From Lama guanicoe (Eukaryota): a stretch of DNA of 62,000 nucleotides. Positions 55,886-62,000 of this stretch are shown piece after piece; position 1 is the stretch's first letter, and each line of letters begins with the position of its first letter. The stretch lies in NCBI GenBank assembly GCA_013239625.1, contig MU053216.1:124001-186000 (forward strand), read 5' to 3'. Under the pieces are notes generated by a model, which saw nothing but the letters and a program-made list of their open reading frames with translations, was not told the origin of the DNA and did not search any database. The position numbers were made by a program, and so were the translations under genes.

Positions 55886-56754
55886 AAAAGCAAGGTGGAA
55901 GGCCTCTGAGTACCCTTGAGCCTCATCTTTGGGATATGTGGCTCCCTAAAGCAATAAAAAATTAGTAAAAACTTCCCAACGAAGTTTCTGATGCCCTTAA
56001 AGGCTGTGGGTTTTCTCCCTCCCACCACCAGTAGGGTGTGGCTTACAGACACCTTATATTTAGAGAACTGAGTGAATGTGTTCTTTTCCTAAGCTGGTTT
56101 GGTTAATTCAGTCAAGTTGGAAATGCATTTTAGCTGCCTGATTTTTAAAGGTCCAGGTATCTACTGCCTCAGGGTATAGGCCCGTGTGCAGAAACCCTGC
56201 TCTTGGGGGGCTCCCTGGGGTGAGTGGCAGCTCACCCCACACCTCCACCTACCACTGGCAAAGTCACGTCACTTGGGACAGAGGCTAGGCACAGTCACTG
56301 AGTTCCTGCAACAGAACTATAGTGATGGGAGTGGCGATGTGTCCAGGTGGCTGGCCTGACGGTAACGGGGCCACAGCACCGGGCAGGCCTCTGAAGTCAG
56401 GGCTCTGGTAGCAGAAGACCCCCCAACACCCACCACCCAGACAAAAGGCCAACAAGCCGTGTCACTTGTAGGCTTCGCTGCACAAACCGCTGTCTTCTGT
56501 CCAGGCAGGAGGCCACACGCGAGGCAGTGCCTGAGGGGCCAGGGTCAGGCTTGGGGAATTCAGTCCTTTCTGAACCTTACCCACTCTGGTCAGGCCTAGG
56601 CTGCACGTGGGGAGTCTTGGGGACGTCACTCCACCTCTGGGGCAGACAAGACAACCATCATCAGACTTGCTGGCCTCCCGGAGCCAGAAGCAATGTCAAT
56701 GTAACTTCCTGGGTGTCCAAACGGGTGGGGTACCTGGCCCTCCCCGCTTTCCCA

Positions 56755-56845
56755 TGAAGTGAACTCACTTGTTAGGTGTCCAGGGCTGTGGGAGGTAGAC
56801 AGGTTTGAACCCAGGCAGCTGGGCTCCAGAACCCAAACTAGCCAG
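56755..56845 (-). mobile_element. MIR SINE fragment
   Basis: ggtttgaacccaggcagctgggctccagaaccc. Confidence 0.55.
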
Positions 56846-58160
56846 CACCCCACTCGAGGGGCCCCTTGGAGAAGCCAGCAGGGAAGTGACCATTCTGGGC
56901 CTCCAACCCACCAGATGCGGGTGATTTTTCTAAAAATAAACTTGACCAGCTGCTCTGTGTAGATACCCTCAGTGGTCCTCATTTGCTTCTGAAGAATATC
57001 CAAACAGCCTGGTTGGCTGAGCCCATCCGCCATGGCCTTGTCCTCGCCTCTGACCCTGCACTGCCCCCCAGCCCACACATGTGGCCCGCAGGGCTGTTTT
57101 CCTTTCCCTAAAGCTTAAGAATAGTAGCTGCCTTTTGTTGAGACTCTGTTCTGGGTTTATGAACTTACTCAGCCTTCACATCAGTGTCCCCAGGCGGGTG
57201 CTGGAGTCTCCCTCCCTCCCTCCGGACCCTCAGTGAGCCTGTCCACCGTGACCTGCTGCTGCTGTCTTCCCTGGAGGCACTGGAAGTCAATTTGTCAGGG
57301 GTGACCAGGTTGAGTCAGGGGTCCCTGTCAGGTTCCAGTAGAAGTACGCAGTTTCCAGGTGACCCTCTAAGGAGGCCACGAGCCCTTTGGGGTGTGTAGT
57401 ATTGGCCTCCACACCACCAGCCTCTAGCAGGGTGCCAGACAGACAGCATCCTTGGCGGTGGGAAAGTTCTGACTGGATAAGATGCAGGTACGTGAATGAG
57501 TCTAAAGTCTAGGAGATTTTGCTCCGGATTTGCGCCCCAGGTCCAGAGGAGGATGGCAGCTGGCCCTGGGACACACAAACCAGCAATGTATCCGTCAAGG
57601 CCTCTTCCCCAGATGTTCTCCGCCCTGGCTTCTGGTGCTCACCTCACAGGGCACAGCCAGGGCAGCTCTGAGACACGACCTCGATGTATGGAGGTTTCAC
57701 GGGCACGGGAACATCAAAGTGCCAGGGTTTCCTATGCAGAAAGTGTCTCAACTGTCTTGTTTTTCACCACCTCGATGGGAGATGGCTGGAAAGGAAGGGT
57801 GTCTGCCATGCGACTTCCAGCTCTGAGGGCTGCCCATCACACCCTGAACACAGCATCTCCCGCTGATTTTTAGATTCACCAGAGGGTCAGTGGAGTGTCT
57901 GGGGAAGGGGCAGGATAATCCAGAACTGAGATCCCAGGCCCAGAGGGATTTCCTGGGACACAAGCCTGTGTGACTGGTGCTTTGTTGAGGAAGGAGGAAG
58001 AAGATTATAAAATTCGGTGTTTAAAATTCTTCCTTTTGACTCTGAGAACAGAGAAAAATCATTTTCACTCACAGACAAGGTAGGGGATAGAAGAAAGTGA
58101 GAAGAGGAAGGTCCGCGATACTCACTAGATCCTGGGGTCTGAAAGAAGTCTGAGGTTGTT

Positions 58161-58236
58161 GGGGGTGGGCATAGCTCGTGCATGCTGGGCAGGCACGAGG
58201 TCCTGGGTTCAATCCCCAGTACCTCCATTTAAGAAA
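58161..58236 (+). mobile_element. tRNA-derived SINE (vic-1-like), part of A box deleted
   Basis: gaggtcctgggttcaatccccagtacctcc; TSD aagtctgaggtt (58146-58157/58237-58248). Confidence 0.88.
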
Positions 58237-61180
58237 AAGTCTGAGGTTATCATCCTTGTGCCTTAATTTCTTCTACATGCCAGGTATGGTCCCAAAAACC
58301 GTAGATGCCTCTCCAGCAACGTGAAATTGCAGGTAAGGAGTCCTCCCCACCCTCCCCGTTCTGTATGTAGTTTTACTGGACTCAGGTTTTAACATCGTTG
58401 CTATTGTTTTCTTCATTGTCTGGGAATAAATAATTATAGTTCACTTAATCAGCTTCCTAGAGGAGTTGGCCTTCACTGGCTATTGGGAGACCAGGGTTGA
58501 TTTTTTTTTTAATTTTTGATTAAAACCTAAGATACTGTATGAGTTGTGTGATATTTAACTTTATCCGTGTTTCATTTTTTTGGCCCCATCTAATGAGTTA
58601 ATATCTTCTGTATTAAAAGCATTTTTATGGGATATTTAAAAGTTAAGTGGACTTTAGTATGAAATATATGAACGTAAGTAAATTCAAAATACATGTAAGC
58701 TTGGTATGTACGAAATCAGATTAGAAGGTCACCAAGACCTAAGTGGGGGGGGAGTTTTAAAACCCTTCACTCACACGCAGTAAAGCAGGTGCGCCTCAGT
58801 GGAGAGCTTCACCTCCTCTCTCCGCACTGAGGCAGACCACTCCGGAGAGTGATGGGTGTGTGTGTGTTGGGGGATACCGAAGCGTCAGGAACCGTGTGTG
58901 TGCTGGGAGGGGGAGGGACAGTAGGACCCGGGAGCTAGTGTGACGGCTGCTGGCTTCTCTGGCCCTGCTATATTTGCTCTATGACCACTTCAGGGCTTTG
59001 GAAGCTTTGTGAGGACAAAGTTGTCCCCAGAGCAGAGGGGAGACACTCCAAGTGTGAGGAGGTACAAATGCCAGTGGACCTGTGAGAGAAGATGGCCAAA
59101 ATGGGGTTTAAGCTGGTCAGGGCGGGCAAGGGCGCTGGAGCTGGGGTCCCCAGGAAAGCTGGGTTGGGGAAGACGCCACTCCATTCTCCCTGCCGCCTGT
59201 TCTGGGAACAACCAGCTGTGAAACAGCAGGAAGCACTCTCAGTAGAAAGTGGCAAAGCTGTATCACAAGGGGTTACAGGCTCTTTCTCCCTGGAGAGTTC
59301 TGAGTTAGGCAGCCCTCTGCCACCTTCCTGGGTTCAAATGACACCACATGGAGGCAGAGGGACTGCCTGGGTGGCCTGGCCAACCAGCGGTTCGGACACG
59401 GTGGTCTAAGAAATTGCGGGCTCATCTTTCAAAGGACAAACAGTTGAAAATTGAAGTACCTGGTAGCTGGCAGGTGGGGGTGGGGGGTGGGCATCCCTCC
59501 CTCCAGCCTCTCCTTTCCCAGCTCCTGAGCCTGGAGGAGCGGGTGTAGGTCTGCTGAGCTCCTGGTCAGGTGTGTAGCCCACACCACTGGTCCTGGAGAA
59601 TTAAAGGAACACAGGGCTGTAGCCAGGGACACCACCATTTTCGTTTAATGATTGACTGCAGCCTTGACTCTAAATAGCCTGGGAGGCAGGCTGCCGTTCT
59701 CTGCCCCTGGGTCCCCGGGCTCACTTAGAAGTGGAGCCAGCTGGCGACACGGGTTTGATTGGAGTGGTGGGTGGCAAGGCGGCCCAGTTGGCCTGGCTGG
59801 GTTCTGTGCCAGGAGACTGCAGCCCTGTCTCTGGCCCATGTCCTGCAGATTCATCGTCAGTGCGGGGAGCAGGAAGGAGCAGACTGAGCCCCTGGTGAAG
59901 CAGCAGGTCCTAGGATGCTCTGGCGGATGTGGGGCTGAGCTTCTCAGAGTGGTAGGGTTCCCCCCATCACAGATTCAGACTCAGCGCCTCTCTTGGTCCT
60001 CTGGCCCCTTGCCCAGGCTGCTCAGTGAGTCGGGATGACCTCAGGCCTTGGGCAGGCACAGCTTCAGTCCCAATAGGACCCCCTGGCCTTCTGTCACTTC
60101 AAGACAAGCTGGCTGGGACGGTCTCCATGTTCTACCTGGTGTCTCGGCAAAGTGGTCTGAAAAAGCACTGCTTCTCCCCCCACCCCGGCCCCCCCACCCG
60201 GCCACCGGGTCTCGCTTTCTCTTTGCTTCCTCTCATTTTGCATTATTCCACCTCACTCCCTCTTCAGTGAGTGTGTATGTGTTGAGGACTAATGTCAGAT
60301 GCATCCTGCTGGGAACCTTCCCAGCACCCATGGGAGAGGGGCAGGTGCTGCAGCCTCTTACAAAGTTGACTCCAAAAGGGCTCGTGAATATTCAGATTGT
60401 GCTGCCACGAATTCCTGGTGTGGTGCCCCTCCTCTGGCTGCCTTGGCAGGTTAGGACGGAGGAGCTCCACCTAGGACCCTTGGATGCCACCACTGTCTGC
60501 GGCTCCTTGGCTAAAGTGCCATTCAGGGGCTGTTGTCTCCCTGCAGACAGCCCTAGTACCCACCTTAAAGGGCTGTCCTAAACATTAAGAAACTAGTGTG
60601 TGTGAAAACCCTTATCCTGTAATAAATGGTTCTCTCCACTCCCTCCAGTTCCTCCTCCTCCTTCCCTGCCGTCTCCTAGTCCTTCCTCTCCCCCTATCCG
60701 CCCTGTTCTCTCACCGGCCTTTAACTTCTCCCAATGATTCTCCCCTTCCTCACCTAACCCTTTAGGATCAGAAACCCCTCCCTCCGGATGACAACTACGG
60801 TAGAGATGGCCTTACCTCTCTTGGGTGGGCTTAGAAATCCCAAATGGCTACGGGGGCGCCTGAGGCCAATAATGTAGCCTCGAGCTGCAGTAGATTTGGG
60901 AGGTTGGGGAGAAGGACCTGGCCCAAGAGAGACAGTCCAACTCACGCGGGGACCACGAGGCCCGGTTCCCGGTCCGGCTCTTCCTGATCCTGAGCATCAG
61001 CCGTGACCTTGAGCAGGCGATGGGGGCGCAGAGAGCCCAGAGGGGCCATGCGAACAGGACCAGGGTCTCCGCAGGGTAGGCCCGCCCGCCCCCTGCACCT
61101 CCTCCAGCCCGCCCCCTTCCCCCTGGTCCCCTCCCCTTCTTCCAAGTCCCCTCCCCTTCTCCCGGGTCTCCGCCCGCCCC

Positions 61181-61276
61181 NNNNNNNNNNNNNNNNNNNN
61201 NNNNNNNNNNNNNNNNNNNNNNNNNNNNNNNNNNNNNNNNNNNNNNNNNNNNNNNNNNNNNNNNNNNNNNNNNNNN
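61181..61276. other. Assembly gap (96 N)
   Basis: Run of N between C-rich tracts. Confidence 1.
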
Positions 61277-61399
61277 TCCCTGTTTCCACCCCCTCCTCCC
61301 GGTCCCCTGCCCCTCCTGTCGGTCACCGCCCTACTCCAGTCCCGCCCCCAGCCTCCTCCCCGCACTGCAGCGCGCACCCCGGGTCGCGCGCCTCCCTCT

Positions 61400-61570
61400 C
61401 CACGACGCAGGCTGCAAGCTCAGCAAGTCTTGCGGCAAAGACACTCGGGCCGAGTTGCGGCCGGGACGCAGCGGACTCCGGGCTGGGAGCACGGTCCGCC
61501 CCTCGGCCGTCGCCTGCAGCCCGCCGCCCCTCACTTTGGGGGCCTGGGTCTCTCCTGGCTGGCTGCCCCG
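61400..61570 (+). other. SYT2: Probable non-coding first exon of synaptotagmin-2 (start approximate)
   Basis: Near-consensus donor CCG|gtaagt at 61570/61571 inside the CpG island, no ATG in the exon; identity inferred from synteny, no coding sequence in window. Confidence 0.55.
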
Positions 61571-62000
61571 GTAAGTCTGTCCCCGCCGTGGGGGCACCGA
61601 CCTCCTCCTCCAAAGTTTCTGCTGCTTAACCTCGGGCCTCGCGGTGGGGTCTGACTCCCGGGGGTGGGTGGGGTCGGAGAACTTTGAGGCCAAGGGGACC
61701 GGGCGCCCGCATCGTCCTTTGGGGGGAGTTTGGACGCGTCCAGGTGAAGCTTTGTTTTGGGGAGTTGGACCAAAGCGGCGAGGAGCCGGCTGCTCTGTGG
61801 GTTCGGGGCGGGAGGAGGGAGCCGATTTCCTCCCTGGGTCCCCTGGGACGAGCTGCAGAGCAGAGGGGCGGGCCGACGTCCCCTAGCCCTCAGGCTCTGC
61901 GCCCCTACCCCTCTTCCCGCGTCTCCTGGACGCCCCCCACTCGCGTCTTGCCCACCCCTGCCCGCCTGAGGGGTCTCCAGCCGAGGTTCTTTTGCCCCTG

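Larger units (their letters stand above)
60850..62000. promoter_or_regulatory. CpG island / promoter of the downstream gene (probably SYT2)
   Basis: Sharp rise in GC and CpG, multiple GC boxes (ccgccc); gene identity rests only on recalled KDM5B-SYT2 tandem synteny. Confidence 0.85.

Noticed and set aside
50773..60581. Numerous 60-177 aa ORFs downstream of KDM5B
   Set aside because: No recognisable domains or consistent exon structure; expected by chance in GC-rich DNA.
60942..61969. ORFs in the CpG island
   Set aside because: Low-complexity G/P/R/A frames, several spanning the N gap; typical CpG-island artefacts.

Overview
Mammalian genomic DNA, probably a camelid (alpaca/camel), judged from nine copies of a vic-1-like tRNA-derived SINE. 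Most of the window is the histone H3K4 demethylase gene KDM5B (JARID1B/PLU-1) on the + strand. Coding exons 2-27 (6423..49103) all have GT-AG junctions and splice into one uninterrupted 4431-nt frame (1476 aa + stop). It covers the JmjN end, ARID, PHD1, JmjC with intact HxE...H iron ligands, C5HC2 zinc finger, PLU-1, PHD2 and PHD3. Exon 1 lies upstream of the window. The 3' UTR carries miR-29 and miR-137 8mer sites and tandem poly(A) signals. Introns contain SINEs, LINE-1 fragments (one nested, one rearranged with 5' UTR and ORF1), a solo MLT1 LTR, MER5-like transposons and MIRs. A GC-rich intergenic stretch leads to a CpG island containing an assembly gap and a probable non-coding first exon of the next gene (SYT2, by recalled mammalian synteny). 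I found no wholly new biological system. The best leads are strongly AT-to-GC-biased amino-acid changes in the last exons (candidate GC-biased gene conversion in PHD3), candidate micro/poison exons, and inverted repeat pairs flanking in-frame exon blocks.
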